DNA of 62,411 nt, the filler included, from Sanchytrium tribonematis (lineage: Eukaryota): the NCBI GenBank assembly GCA_018985235.1. It is 6 parts of 6 records of this genome, joined end to end, with 100 filler letters (N's around TTAATTAATTAA, not from the genome) between each part and the next. Parts side by side here need not be neighbours in the genome. Positions count along the whole stretch, not along the records: positions 21,090 to 31,417 come from JADGIG010000301.1; positions 31,518 to 41,826 come from JADGIG010000302.1; 4 more parts are not named here. One strand, written 5' to 3'. Below are positions 21,090-34,062 of this stretch, in pieces. The position numbers were made by a program, and so were the translations under genes. The notes beneath the pieces were generated by a model that had not been told where the DNA came from, did not search any database, and worked only from the letters and a program-made list of their open reading frames with translations. Numbering within the stretch: the first letter of the stretch is position 1; every line of letters begins with the position of its first letter.

Positions 21090-21986
21090 GGCACAGGCGA
21101 AAAAGTCTTGGAACAAGAAGATACTGGATTGCTTAATGATCTATTGGACTATGAATTTATGCGGCCAAAAGATATGGACATTTCGGGATCCGATTCGGAA
21201 ACAATCGAAGAACTGGAAGTTGAGAATCCAAAAAATTCAACTGAAATATTAAAAAGACTTAATCCAGAGTTTCAATTTAAAGTTCCCAAAGAGGACGAAT
21301 TTTTTCAGCCAAAAAAGAGAAATATTGCTATAGAAGCTGAACCTCATTTATCACAATCACCATCTGAAGTCTCGTCCGCAGATGAGGCGAATGACAATCC
21401 TTGGGTTGACTGTGATGTTGAATCGGATAAAGTTGTAGAGTCTTTCAAAGTCGATGATATGGATAAGTTAGAAATATCGGAGCAGCAAAAGTCAATAGTC
21501 CAAAAGGCTTTTGAAAACGATAATGTTATTGAAGAATTTGTGGAGGAAAAAAGAGAATTAGAGGGTGCAGAAGGCGAACAGAAAATCGATACTACGTTAC
21601 CTGGCTGGGGAACTTGGGCTGGGCTAAATGCCCCTGCAAAGCGAGGAATTAAATTTAAGACAGTAGCTGGGATTGATGCGTCTAAAAGATTAGATAAAAA
21701 GCACAAGCATGTAATTATACGCGAAAAGCAAAGCAAATTGGTGGATAAATATCTGGTTAAAAAAACTCCATATCCATTTAAATCAATTAAGCAATATGAG
21801 CAACAGCTGAATAATCCTATTGGAAAGGAATGGAATACACATAACAATTTTGCAAAACTTACGAAGCCAAGAATTGAGACAAATCTTGGTAAAGTAATCA
21901 TGCCTCTGAAATTAATTGCGGGCAACAGCTTAACACATGACAAAGAAGCTGCTGCACAAGACGATGTTAGCTCAGATGGGGAGTAA
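21090..21986 (+). CDS. UTP14: SSU processome Utp14, C-terminal part (partial)
   Basis: TLPGWGTWAG, KHVII.EK, PYPF...QYE...PIGKEWN, G.VI.P. Confidence 0.92.
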   Translation, partial: GTGEKVLEQEDTGLLNDLLDYEFMRPKDMDISGSDSETIEELEVENPKNSTEILKRLNPEFQFKVPKEDEFFQPKKRNIAIEAEPHLSQSPSEVSSADEANDNPWVDCDVESDKVVESFKVDDMDKLEISEQQKSIVQKAFENDNVIEEFVEEKRELEGAEGEQKIDTTLPGWGTWAGLNAPAKRGIKFKTVAGIDASKRLDKKHKHVIIREKQSKLVDKYLVKKTPYPFKSIKQYEQQLNNPIGKEWNTHNNFAKLTKPRIETNLGKVIMPLKLIAGNSLTHDKEAAAQDDVSSDGE

Positions 21987-22008
21987 ATTTATTTGTTCCA
22001 AATAAAAC

Positions 22009-23505
22009 CTATAGAGCCGCGCTGCGTTCTAGATCAAATTGTGTAACAAGTTCTTCTTTAAGTCTTAGAATATTTTTTTCGTTACTAGAGGTTTTCACCT
22101 GTCTTTCTAATAATTTTGCCTTTTTATAAGTGCTGCATATTTCATAAATGTCAGTACTTCGTAGTGATTTTGATAAAATTGTAGACAAATTTGAGGCGGA
22201 TTCCTTTATCTTCGTTTCTTTACCAAAATCTATATTATTTAAGAAAGATTCCGCTTGGTAATTTATAAGAGACAGTTTTCCGTTACTAAAATGTTTGACA
22301 GGATCTAGTAAGTTTCTGCTATTAAATTTAGTGTAAGTCTTTGGAACTAAATATCGATACACAGACAAAAATGTACGATCAAAATAAAACGTAGCCAAAA
22401 TGGAACTCGAAACATCGCTTGTCAAATCTTCCAGTACATTTTCCATGACCTGGATACACAGACCAAAAACAGATTCGCCAATTTCTTCAGAGCCAAAAAG
22501 ACGCTTCGACAACTCCTTGCGGGATATGTATTGGAAACCAAATAACTCGTCTGTGTTATGGAAAGCAACAAATATTCCATCCATATTTCCAAGACAAACT
22601 TGAAAATAATACTTGAGGAATGCGGCTCTTATCATATCGTAGTATTCTCGTTCGAAAGAACAATATTGACCTTTAAGTTTCAAAATTCTGTACCAAATCC
22701 CGATATCTGGATTTTTACTATTTAGCCGAATAGGCAGCACTGCTCTGGTCTTTATATCAAAAAATTTTCGTTCTAATGAATGGTGTTGGCAATCTAATTG
22801 AGATCTAATCAAAAGAGAATTAAAATCCATTAAATTATATGCACCCTTGTCGCGCTTTTTAGAGCCGTCAAAGAGATCATCAAATTCCTTATTATTCATT
22901 GTCAATTGAAATTCTAAAACATGGCCTAATGTCGATAATGGAGTATCGTCGTCAAAAGATTTGTCAGAGTCTATCGTCCATATTGTTTGTTTGCCATTGC
23001 TAATATTTTGCCTTTGCAAAAGAACAGAAACTGGCGAAGAGGCTCCACGAGAAAATTCCGTAGACATTTTTTGAAAAGCACTAGAAAGACCGTCAACATT
23101 TAGCCGACGCTTTTGAGAAATTAAATAATAAATTTGAGACAATATTCCAGTAACGGTAGATGTTGATCCTATAAATCTGTGTTTCCTTTTGGCGTTACTA
23201 ATTAATCGTTTATCTTGAGAAGGAGGTGTATAATGCTGGACTTTTGTTACTTGATCCTGAGAAATTTTTGGAATTTTTCGTATATTGCTATAGCCTTCAT
23301 GCACCCAATTTATTCGGTTATTTAAAATGACTTGCTCCAAATTATGTTCTAAATAGGGTACATTTTCTCCCGATAATAAAGTAAATTTAGGTTTGAAGTC
23401 CACTGAACTAATTGCAATTTGCTTTGAACGATCTAATAAATGAGAATCAGTGTAATATGATGGGAGCCAGGTTTTATTTATCCTACAAATGATTTTCTTT
23501 GGCAT
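22009..23505 (-). CDS. PET127: Mitochondrial RNA 5' exonuclease Pet127
   Basis: GSTSTVTGILSQ, IRSQLDC, FDIKTRAV, SFEREYYDMIRAAFLKY, MDGIFVAFHN. Confidence 0.93.
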   Translation of the reverse strand: MPKKIICRINKTWLPSYYTDSHLLDRSKQIAISSVDFKPKFTLLSGENVPYLEHNLEQVILNNRINWVHEGYSNIRKIPKISQDQVTKVQHYTPPSQDKRLISNAKRKHRFIGSTSTVTGILSQIYYLISQKRRLNVDGLSSAFQKMSTEFSRGASSPVSVLLQRQNISNGKQTIWTIDSDKSFDDDTPLSTLGHVLEFQLTMNNKEFDDLFDGSKKRDKGAYNLMDFNSLLIRSQLDCQHHSLERKFFDIKTRAVLPIRLNSKNPDIGIWYRILKLKGQYCSFEREYYDMIRAAFLKYYFQVCLGNMDGIFVAFHNTDELFGFQYISRKELSKRLFGSEEIGESVFGLCIQVMENVLEDLTSDVSSSILATFYFDRTFLSVYRYLVPKTYTKFNSRNLLDPVKHFSNGKLSLINYQAESFLNNIDFGKETKIKESASNLSTILSKSLRSTDIYEICSTYKKAKLLERQVKTSSNEKNILRLKEELVTQFDLERSAAL

Positions 23506-23686
23506 TTCTCCGTAATGTACTCGAGTTTCAAGGAAGTCGATTATTCCCTTCGAAATTAATTTGTTTAAAAAAAATTACTTTGCTATTTGCATATTAAAAA
23601 TGAGTAATTTATTTTTTAATAAGCTTTGATAAAGATATTCTTAATGAATCTGTCGATATATGAATTCTTTTTTAAACTAAATATCA

Positions 23687-26597
23687 CTATAATCCTCTTT
23701 CTAATTTTAATGTTTGAGACTTGAGAGCTTGTCGTTCTTCTAATTCGGAATTTTTATGGTCTTGCACAGACTTTGCAAATGACGAATTTTCGTCGATATA
23801 TAAAGTTTTGGGTTTTTTTCTAGTAAGTAAACTAAATGCCACTGAATGGTCCTTCTTATCGGTGTTTTTGACCATCGGCACAACTACATCCTTAAGTTTA
23901 ACCTTTCTGTCTAATTTACGATTCGCGATTCCTGCTTCTGCAACCAGCAAAGCCATTTCGTTTTCAAGCTCCAATTCAATATCCTCTTCCTCCTCCTCTT
24001 CATCATCAGTATTACTATCGTCGGATTCGCTTTCAGAGTTAATGTATGCTTCCACCTGCTGATTATCATCAAGCTCTTCATCTCCTTTGATAAATTCTTT
24101 TGAATCTGTTGCAAATTCAAATGCTTTTGAATTTTTTAATATCTCATCCAATTGAGATATCGATTGTGGAAAATCAACCTGAGACCTATAAACGAATCCG
24201 CTTCTCTAAATAAGAATAGTATACCTTGAAAGAATCCACAATGAAATGGGTGATTTCTAGAGGGACGGGACAGGTCAACTTCTTACTATTTAAATATACA
24301 TAAAACATCCCTATGACGATCTTCATCTCATTTTTGGCATACTGTTGCAAATGTGAGCCACTTGTTTGCAACAATGTGCAAAACAATCGGATTCTGAAGT
24401 AATCATGAGGTGCATCGTATAGATTAATTTCGTTGGGAAAAGGAAACCCTTTATCCCATCCAAAACTTAGCGTAAATTGTAGTACGTCAAGTATGAATTC
24501 CATATTTACAAGTCCATGATTAAATAGCTCTCCAGCGTATTTCATAAGAGAAATTCGCCTCTGATTAAATCTAAATAAGTTGGAAATAAAATCGAACTTG
24601 ATAGTTTCGGCAATCTTATCAATGACTTGGAGGATAAAAAGCGGGTAGTATGGTAATATTTTTGATAATAAGTAGGCTAAATGGTGGGTGGAAGAATACG
24701 ATGAATGGATTGGATTAGATAAAATTTTTAGCAAAAAGATCTCCGTACGGTCGTCCCAAGGAAGCTTCAAAATGTAACTTAGTATAGTGTTTCTATTTTC
24801 GTCATTCAATTCCATTAAATACTCAGATATAAAAGCTTCATGATAATTTTGGTCCCACAAATTTGTGACTTTGACTTCATGTGTAGAAATGACATTAAAA
24901 TAAGAGTTTTCAATCTCTAATGCATATCTCTCATCAGTTTTGTCCAAAATGGCCTTTTTCTTGATCATTGTTTGGAGAATTTCCTCAAACTTAGCACGTA
25001 AAACCGAGTTCCCATCTAATTTAGTAATTGCATAAAAAAATCGACCTCCAGTATCCAGTAATTTGCAAACGGTATAGATATTTGGCTTATAGTTCAGGTA
25101 TTCGAGTAATGTTTGAAAATAAAATATGTATAATGGTGGATCAATTATCTGGAATTTTAATAATTCTGAGATGAATGTTACAATACAATAACGTGGTTCC
25201 AAAACATAGCTCATTGATTTAGATTCACTATTTTTTCTTATAAGAGATCTAAAATTTTGGTCCACTATGGTCTTCATTGTATTTATGATATCTGAAAAAT
25301 ACTTTCCAAGTGTCTTAATCACCCGGCAAAACAATGGAATGAGTTCCTGGCGCCTTTTACCAGTCTTAATACATTTAAGAACTAATTTTTTTCTGGAAGT
25401 TTTGCTGTTAAATTGACAAAATTCGATTGCATAAAGGTCCGCTTTTTCTTGATTTGTGACTTCTATCAGATTATCCAAATGTTCTGATAGCGGCGTTCTT
25501 GATGTATGCTCTAAAATTGCTTCTTTTTTAGCTTCACTTTGTTCTTCAACAATTTCACCGGCATCTTCCGTTTCGGATAATATATTTTCTTCTTGATCCT
25601 CACCTTCAGGAGAAAGTTCTTCTGCAACCTCTCCTGATTGAACGGTGGGCTCAAAAAGTCTTGGAACATGATTTCTTAAATCCTCGATTATTTTATAAAA
25701 ATTCGGATCATCCACCTCGTCCCAAACTTCAAGAGAGGAATCCATTGCATCTAAATTTTGAGAAAAAGTAATAGAGCCTTGTCGCACCATCTCTGCAGCT
25801 AATTTTTCGAATTTTGGCATTTCTTGTTGAAACTTTGAGCACAAGGTATCCAAGCTGTTTAATAGATTGTCAAACTTTTCATTCATCAACAATCTTTTTT
25901 TTCTATTTTCCTCCGGAACCTCGTGACCTCTGTCAAACAAGTAATCTCGTTCATATTTTTCAGCCTTTATTAATGCCTTGTTTAGTTTTTTCATATAATC
26001 TTTTAATCTATTTAAGTATGCCATATTTAGTGGTTCATATCCGTCATTCAGTGTCTTGAAATTATTTAAAAACTCAACGACTGTGGCTGCATTTGAAAAG
26101 TCATCATCTTTTTCTGTAATATATCGATAAATGTCTTTTACAAATTTTTCCGGATCAAATTGCTTGGCTTTCTTTGACTGAGTGGGAAGAACGCCTCCAC
26201 CCATAATACTGTCAAATGCATCTATGTTATTGTTCATCTGAAAAATAAAGAAATTCTTTTGATGTAGTGTGGTGGCAAGAAAAATGACGTTTCTGGTTTT
26301 AATAATTTTATCTTTGCAATCTGACAAAAGTGTCTTTTTAAGCAGTTCCGCTATTTCTAGATAAAACTCGCCTTGAAATTTTTCTTTTACAGCGCAAAAT
26401 ATTGACGAGCAAGCTTCTATATCTTCCATGGAATTTTGATGACTAAAATTTTCGGCCAAGGACGAGATAATTTCAGCCTTATAGTTCTCAACCTTCAGCG
26501 ATCTCAACTCGGATATAAGAGCGTCTTTATTTGCACTATTTACAACCTTTAATTTCTTAGAAAATTGCATATTTTTCTTCAATGTCGATTTTGACAT
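23687..26597 (-). CDS. UPF2: NMD factor Upf2 (exons 26597-24225 and 24205-23687)
   Basis: MIF4G repeats (LKKNMQFSKKLK, LL.T.GRF, FRIRLFCTLLQTSG), acidic linker and C-terminal FSLLTRK motif joined by a 19-nt intron. Confidence 0.92.
24206..24224 (-). other. 19-nt spliceosomal intron
   Basis: gtatactattcttatttag; phase 0, joins DSFK to RSGF...LDEILK in frame. Confidence 0.85.
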
Positions 26598-26718
26598 TTG
26601 AAAATTTGTTTCACAATCTCCAATGAAAGTGATTGAGTCAAAAAAGGCTTTTCTGTATATCCAATTTTCGGCACAGAGACTTCCTAGCATTGTTTACCAA
26701 CATAGCAATGTATGTACA

Positions 26719-28096
26719 ATGAACATCGAAAAGTCCTTAGAATACCCCACAATGAAAAATATATCGCAAACTTCTGATTATCAGCAATATTTAGGAACAG
26801 GAGAAATGTTTTTTAATATCAAATCTAATTTAGACAAGACATTATGTGACTTTGTTTTATTAAGCAAAGAATTTGTAAATACGGTTATAATTTGTGGTGA
26901 TCTCTCTAAATGTACTAGAACGTTGGAAATGCTAGCAGGAATTACTGTACTATGGGTTTCAAAAGAAGGAATCGCAAACGACCTTTACAAACCAATTTCA
27001 GATTTAATTAATAATATGCACAAAAAACAGACTCAGGAGTCAATTCAGTATTATTCTGTGAAAGGTTGGATGGAAAGTTGTGTTTATGTCCATAAAATTA
27101 ATTATTTGCTAGTATTATTAGCATTTCAAGTCCTTCGCTTTAAATTTATTGTTGAAGGGGAAGACCATGTTCAGTTTGAAGTGCTACAATACGACGATGA
27201 AGGTAGGCAACGCTTTTACAAAATGTATCAAGAAAGTTTAATGGAAAGATTGCATGCATCAAAACCCAAAGAAAATAAGGAAAATATTGCTGCACCAGTT
27301 GAAGTCGCTGGTAAAACTGAAGAACTCCGGTATGATCAAATGTTTTTTGATGTGTTAGATGAATACAATATGTGGTTTGTCAAATTACCAGTACATAAAT
27401 CAAATGAAGGATTTCATAGCGAGCTACTCATAAATAATGAAATCAATGTGGCGGTCACTAATGCCAATAAGGATGAATGTGACAAATGTCTTTTCATTGA
27501 AGCTTACAAGATTCTTAAAGCCAAACCACTGAAACGCCTGTCTGCGGAAGAATCACTGCAAAATGCTGTGGAAATATATAAACTTGGGGAATACACCTTC
27601 TCAACTAGTCGGCAAATAGTTAACCTAATACCAAAATTCAAGTCGTCTTTATGCCTTTTTGCAGATGATGATAAAGAATTTGAGTTTCAATCTAATGAGT
27701 TAAGCAGTACAGAACAGCGTTCTAAGGAATTACTGTGCAAAAAAATAATTAAGTATTTGCAAAGAAATGAATTCAAAATGAATTCAGAATTTATCAATCT
27801 TGACAATGAATTTATCCAAGATCAAACAAAGAAGAAAAACAATCAAAAAAAGTTTATTTGTTTCTTGAATGGTAATAACAATTTACTTAGAATATTGCGC
27901 TGCTAATCAGCTGGATTATCCAGAATATGAAGATGTCACTACAGTTTGCCCGATTCGAGGCACAAAACAATTTCAAATGCATTGCGTTGTAGATAAATTC
28001 AAAATAACCGATCCCAAAAATGTCAAATTCAACAACAAAAAAGACGCAAAAGAAAGAATATCTGAAATTGCATACAATCATATAATTTCTCAATAA
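26719..28096 (+). CDS. Multi-dsRBD protein (exons 26719-27871 and 27891-28096)
   Basis: Splicing builds FLNEYCAANQLDYPEY...F.NKKDAKERISEIAY (dsRBD); two degenerate dsRBD-like units upstream. Confidence 0.7.
27872..27890 (+). other. 19-nt spliceosomal intron
   Basis: gtaataacaatttacttag; restores the LNEYC dsRBD helix. Confidence 0.85.
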
Positions 28097-28131
28097 ATCC
28101 CCCAATTTGGAGATTTGTGAAACATTAAGAA

Positions 28132-29373
28132 ATGGCCAAATCGCAATTATTTGTCATATTTTCTGCGCTATTAATAGACATCTTGGCATTTACAGCCATT
28201 TTACCGTTACTTCCTCGTATTCTGAACAATTATAAAGAAAACGACAAAAATTCCTTGTTTGTGTCATTTATTGGATACATAAACCAGTATAAAGAATTTA
28301 TTGGCGCAGAGGATGATCGCTTTGATATAGTGCTTTTCGGTGGAATCATCGGATCGCTTTACTCGTTACTACAGGCACTTGTAGCCCCATATATCGGAAA
28401 ATTAAGTGACAAGCACGGCAGAAAGCCAATATTGCTACTGAGCATGATCGGAAATATTTTATCGGCGTTAGTGTGGCTCTATTCTAAAAATTTTAATCAT
28501 TTCTTAATTTCAAGAATTATAGCGGGGCTTTCTGAAGGAAATGTGCAGCTATCAATAGCAATGATTTCGGATCTTACGACCAAAGAAACGAGAAGTAAAG
28601 GACTTGCACTAATCGGAATAGCCTTTAGTTTAGGCTTTACTTTTGGACCTGGCGTCTCGGCCTTTGTTGCTTCGAGAGAGCCTCTATTTGAAAATGCATT
28701 TGCCAATGCATCATTATTTTCTTTAGTCACACTGGTACTGGAGACACTATTTCTTGTGTTTGCTCTAAAGGAAACTAATGTTGTTGACAAGAAAAATGTA
28801 ATAGCCAAGCAAAGCGCAACTTTAGAGCAAAAAAGGTTGGCTTTGATTCATTTTTTGTTTCTATTAATTTTCAGCGGAATGGAATTTACTGTAACATTTC
28901 TCACCTTTGAAAGATTTCAATTTTCAAATATGGATCAAGGAAAGTTATTAGGAACTATTGGCATAATTGCTGCGACATTACAAGGTGGTTTTGTTAGAAG
29001 ATATGCTCATAAAATTGGAGACGGTCCAATTGCTCTGAGTGGAATTGTTTCCAGTGCAATCGGCTATTTTTTTATTGGAATTTCCGATAATACCAAAACT
29101 TTGTATATTGGAGCATCCTTCTTAGCATATACCTCCGCGACTGTTGTGACCTGCCTCACAAGTCTAGCCTCACATTTGGACAAATCTGGGCACGCACTCG
29201 GAGATTTTAGGCGCTATGGTCAGCTTGGTCGAGCAATTGGCCCAATTTTATCTTGCTCTGCATACTGGCTTTTTGGAGCCAAAAATATTTACATGATAAG
29301 TTTTATCCTCACTCTACTAATCAGTGCTTTATTTAAATCTTGGCTTCCAACTCAGAAAATGAAAAAACAGTAA
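28132..29373 (+). CDS. MFS transporter (MFSD10/TetA-like)
   Basis: Motif A GKLSDKHGRKP, SRIIAGLSEGNVQ, AFSLGFTFGP. Confidence 0.9.
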   Translation: MAKSQLFVIFSALLIDILAFTAILPLLPRILNNYKENDKNSLFVSFIGYINQYKEFIGAEDDRFDIVLFGGIIGSLYSLLQALVAPYIGKLSDKHGRKPILLLSMIGNILSALVWLYSKNFNHFLISRIIAGLSEGNVQLSIAMISDLTTKETRSKGLALIGIAFSLGFTFGPGVSAFVASREPLFENAFANASLFSLVTLVLETLFLVFALKETNVVDKKNVIAKQSATLEQKRLALIHFLFLLIFSGMEFTVTFLTFERFQFSNMDQGKLLGTIGIIAATLQGGFVRRYAHKIGDGPIALSGIVSSAIGYFFIGISDNTKTLYIGASFLAYTSATVVTCLTSLASHLDKSGHALGDFRRYGQLGRAIGPILSCSAYWLFGAKNIYMISFILTLLISALFKSWLPTQKMKKQ

Positions 29374-29399
29374 ATATTTTCATTATCTGAAACAACCTG

Positions 29400-30554
29400 A
29401 TGGATCACTTTTTTGCTTCAAATGCAATATCCTTTGCTTCTGCATACTTCATCAGTGATTTTGTTCTACCCAGAGCAGCTCCTAAATTCATCCAGAATGG
29501 TCTATTCGGTAAAGATTTGCATAAAAAAGAAAAGCCACAAGTGCCTGAATCTATGGGAACTGTCGTATTAGTTGTTTACATGAATATTTTAATATTTTTA
29601 ATGCCGTTCGAACTCCCTAAAGAATCTATATTTATAAGGTATCTTGCTGCGATATTGTCCATACAGGCAAGTTGTTTTTTAGGATTTGTGGATGACGTAT
29701 TGGAATTGAAATGGCGGCATAAATTGTTTATGCCACTTTTAGCCTCTTTGCCTTTAATTATGATTTATTATCTGCAAAGCAATATCACTTACATGTCTGT
29801 TCCATATTATGGTCCACTTGATATCGGTATTTTGTATTATGTTTATATGATTATGTTTACTATATTTTGTACCAATAGTATTAATATTCTTGCTGGGATA
29901 AATGGGCTGGAGGTGGGACAGTCCATTGTTATTGCCTCATTCATTTTGCTTTACTCAAGTATCCAGGCTTATTACTATTACATGATCGAATTTCACCAGT
30001 CTAGATTGAACAGTCACAAATTTACAATATCTATCATTTTGCCTTTTATCGGAGCTAGTTTTGCTTTATTAAAGTACAACATTTATCCCGCTAAAATGTT
30101 TTGTGGGGATGCATATACTTATACCAGCGGAATGATATGTGCAATTTGTGGCATTCTAAGTCATACCTCAAAAACTCTGATTTTGTTCTTTATACCACAA
30201 ATTTTGAATTTTTTAATCTCACTTCCTCAAATCTTGAGAGTTATACCTTGTCCGAAACACCGGTTGCCTCGATTTGTGCCTGAAGAAAATTTATTATATT
30301 ACGGAACAGTCGCAAAAGAAAAAGAAGACAATCTTTTTGACAAAAAAGGCAAGTCATTCGGAGAATTCTTGAATCAATTCAAATCAAAGAATGCATGTCA
30401 TCTTAATTTTATTAATATTGTATTGTTTCTTAAGGGACCCATGTCAGAGCACCAGTTGTTTAAAGAGGTGATGAAAATACAAATTATTTGCTGCGGAATC
30501 GGTTTGGCAATAAGATATTCTATTGGGTTTCTTATTGAGGGTCTACCGCATTAA
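29400..30554 (+). CDS. ALG7: UDP-GlcNAc:dolichyl-phosphate GlcNAc-1-P transferase
   Basis: LGFVDDVL, FCTNSINILAGINGLEVGQS, YPAKMFCGD, PCPKHRLP. Confidence 0.95.
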   Translation: MDHFFASNAISFASAYFISDFVLPRAAPKFIQNGLFGKDLHKKEKPQVPESMGTVVLVVYMNILIFLMPFELPKESIFIRYLAAILSIQASCFLGFVDDVLELKWRHKLFMPLLASLPLIMIYYLQSNITYMSVPYYGPLDIGILYYVYMIMFTIFCTNSINILAGINGLEVGQSIVIASFILLYSSIQAYYYYMIEFHQSRLNSHKFTISIILPFIGASFALLKYNIYPAKMFCGDAYTYTSGMICAICGILSHTSKTLILFFIPQILNFLISLPQILRVIPCPKHRLPRFVPEENLLYYGTVAKEKEDNLFDKKGKSFGEFLNQFKSKNACHLNFINIVLFLKGPMSEHQLFKEVMKIQIICCGIGLAIRYSIGFLIEGLPH

Positions 30555-30942
30555 ATTTTGTTATTATTTGCAAATAAACAAATTCTGTTTCTATCAATGT
30601 TGAGTTGTACAAAACAATATGATCTTGAGCAAAATATCTCTTTCCATTTAATTTAAACTCGCCGAATAAAACAATAACATGAAGTAGCGTATTTGGATCC
30701 GACAAGGTAAATTTTGAATTTTTTGTTAATGTGATCAATGCAACTAGTCGGTTCTTGTGAAGATGCTTGATTTTAATGTGGGATTCAGTCAAAGTGGATT
30801 TTTCTCGAGGCAAAATGATCCGGGGTTGCTTTAATGCGATGTTCTCAAGCGCAAGCAGTTTAGATATGTTAATTTCAAATATTGTATGAAGTTGCTTTAA
30901 TTTATTTAACTCTTGCTGGACGTAATAATCGTACAAATGCAT
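30532..30942 (-). CDS. Hypothetical protein with cupin-like C-terminus
   Basis: beta-rich HVIVLFGEFKLNGKRY segment; 3' end overlaps ALG7 by 23 nt. Confidence 0.45.
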   Translation of the reverse strand: MHLYDYYVQQELNKLKQLHTIFEINISKLLALENIALKQPRIILPREKSTLTESHIKIKHLHKNRLVALITLTKNSKFTLSDPNTLLHVIVLFGEFKLNGKRYFAQDHIVLYNSTLIETEFVYLQIITKFNAVDPQ

Positions 30943-30955
30943 AGAGTTTCAAAAA

Positions 30956-31417
30956 TTAAAAATTTGTGCATTTAAATTTTTCTTCAAACCATCCACTCAC
31001 AGAGGTATCTACTTTCTTGCTAGTTGGTATTCCATTTTTCTTCCAGCAATTATTGTTTGATTTTGTAAAAGTCCAACTAAAACAACTCTGATCCTCGAAA
31101 CATTTTAGAATACACTCGTCTAGAGTGCTTACAAAGTTTTCGTAATCACTTCCTGTTAAATCTAAATTTTTTCGGATCAAAAATTGACGTTCAATCCCTT
31201 CTGAATTTTTGATTGTTTTAAAAGTTTCTGATTCATCAGATTGTCGCAACATAGGATCTTTCTTAACAACCCAATTAAATATCTGACCCATATTAACTTC
31301 CGCACCGTATCCATCGTTCTTCTGTATCTCAGATTCTAGCTCATGTAGTAATTGGATTTGAAACGGAAACAAATGATGGAATGTAAATGGCTTGTCGCAA
31401 GGACTGCTAAACTTGAC
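30956..31417 (-). CDS. PAN/Apple-domain protein, C-terminal part (partial)
   Basis: DL.G.D....TLDECILKC....C.SWTF....CWKK Apple pattern. Confidence 0.7.
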   Translation of the reverse strand, partial: VKFSSPCDKPFTFHHLFPFQIQLLHELESEIQKNDGYGAEVNMGQIFNWVVKKDPMLRQSDESETFKTIKNSEGIERQFLIRKNLDLTGSDYENFVSTLDECILKCFEDQSCFSWTFTKSNNNCWKKNGIPTSKKVDTSVSGWFEEKFKCTNF

Positions 31418-31517
31418 NNNNNNNNNNNNNNNNNNNNNNNNNNNNNNNNNNNNNNNNNNNNTTAATTAATTAANNNNNNNNNNNNNNNNNNNNNNNNNNN
31501 NNNNNNNNNNNNNNNNN

Positions 31518-31697
31518 AAACCTGTTCTCGTCAAACTTAATGACGGTATTGAATACAAAGGAACACTAGCATGTTTAGACGGTTTTATGAATGTGGCATT
31601 ATCAAAAGCGACTGAAGTGGCTAAAGATAAATCAACATTCTATGGTGACATATTTCTTCGCGGAAATAATGTACTTTATTTAAATAAATTGGATTGA
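31518..31697 (+). CDS. LSM6: U6 snRNP Lsm6 (5' truncated, not in ORF track)
   Basis: KPVLVKLNDGIEYKGTLACLDGFMNVAL...YGDIFLRGNNVLYL*. Confidence 0.88.
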   Translation, partial: KPVLVKLNDGIEYKGTLACLDGFMNVALSKATEVAKDKSTFYGDIFLRGNNVLYLNKLD

Positions 31698-31745
31698 TTG
31701 ATTTGAAATTTCGTCGCCGTTTGTTGTGACGAAAATTTAGAATGG

Positions 31746-33237
<1,492 letters not shown>

Positions 33238-33242
33238 ATGAT

Positions 33243-34031
33243 TTATTTAGCTAATTCTTGCAAATGCTCTACCTCCAAAATTCCAGTTTGATTCTGATCT
33301 ATTGCCGCAAACACGGATTCAGCTACTTGAGTGGTTCGCAATGGTGGTGATACACTTAATGGGGAACAACTGAGAACTTGGTTCATAGCACCTGAGATCA
33401 TAGATATTGGGTTCGATTCATTATACATAAGCCCTGGTCTAGCAATGATAATCTTTATATCTTCTCCGGCATTTGTTTTGTGAATCTGACCTAAAAAGAA
33501 TTCTTCGGCTAATCTCTTCGTTTTGATGTATTGAATATCATCACTAAAATGAGAATGAGCGGAAATGTAGACAAAATAGGGATTTTTATGTTTACATTCC
33601 TCTTTGAACGAATTGAATACTTGTAATGGGTATTGATAATGTAACGTATCATAAAGAGGTGCGCCATTAGATTGAAATTGGAATTCTTGTCTGATCCATC
33701 GGGGTAAAACTGAGATATCATTTTCCTTGATTGCTTTTTTATAGAGTGAAGATGCAAATAATGTACCTACGGAGTAAATGACAGTATTTGCATTCAGAAT
33801 TTCTGTCCTTTTCATGTTGGGTGTATCAACAGCATTATTAACACTTGAAAATAAATCCTGTAATGGCATTAATTTGAAATGAACTTTGTTGACCCACCAA
33901 GAGTCCCAGCTTGGTTGATTTCTTGAAATAGATGTTACTGTTTTGTAGAAATTTAACCCATACTTGCATAATTCTTTCCCTAAAAATCCTGTGCCGCCAA
34001 CTACTATTAGAGACATTTGCAATTGTTTCAC
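33243..34031 (-). CDS. NAD(P)-binding atypical SDR, Coq11-like
   Basis: VVGGTGFLG, FVYISA, YIKTKRLAE, RPGLMY. Confidence 0.75.
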   Translation of the reverse strand: MKQLQMSLIVVGGTGFLGKELCKYGLNFYKTVTSISRNQPSWDSWWVNKVHFKLMPLQDLFSSVNNAVDTPNMKRTEILNANTVIYSVGTLFASSLYKKAIKENDISVLPRWIRQEFQFQSNGAPLYDTLHYQYPLQVFNSFKEECKHKNPYFVYISAHSHFSDDIQYIKTKRLAEEFFLGQIHKTNAGEDIKIIIARPGLMYNESNPISMISGAMNQVLSCSPLSVSPPLRTTQVAESVFAAIDQNQTGILEVEHLQELAK

Positions 34032-34062
34032 ATCAAATTGAAAATTTCACAGGGAAAAAGGA

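Noticed and set aside
21344..21943. 199-aa antisense ORF, and similar ones such as 54064-54600 and 14126-14461
   Set aside because: Ser/Phe/Leu-rich shadows opposite charged real CDSs
23506..23592. Upstream exon for PET127 (ATG CAA ATA GCA AA|gtaa...)
   Set aside because: The nearest AG gives 31 nt and the wrong frame; promoter-like motifs sit directly before the ATG at 23505
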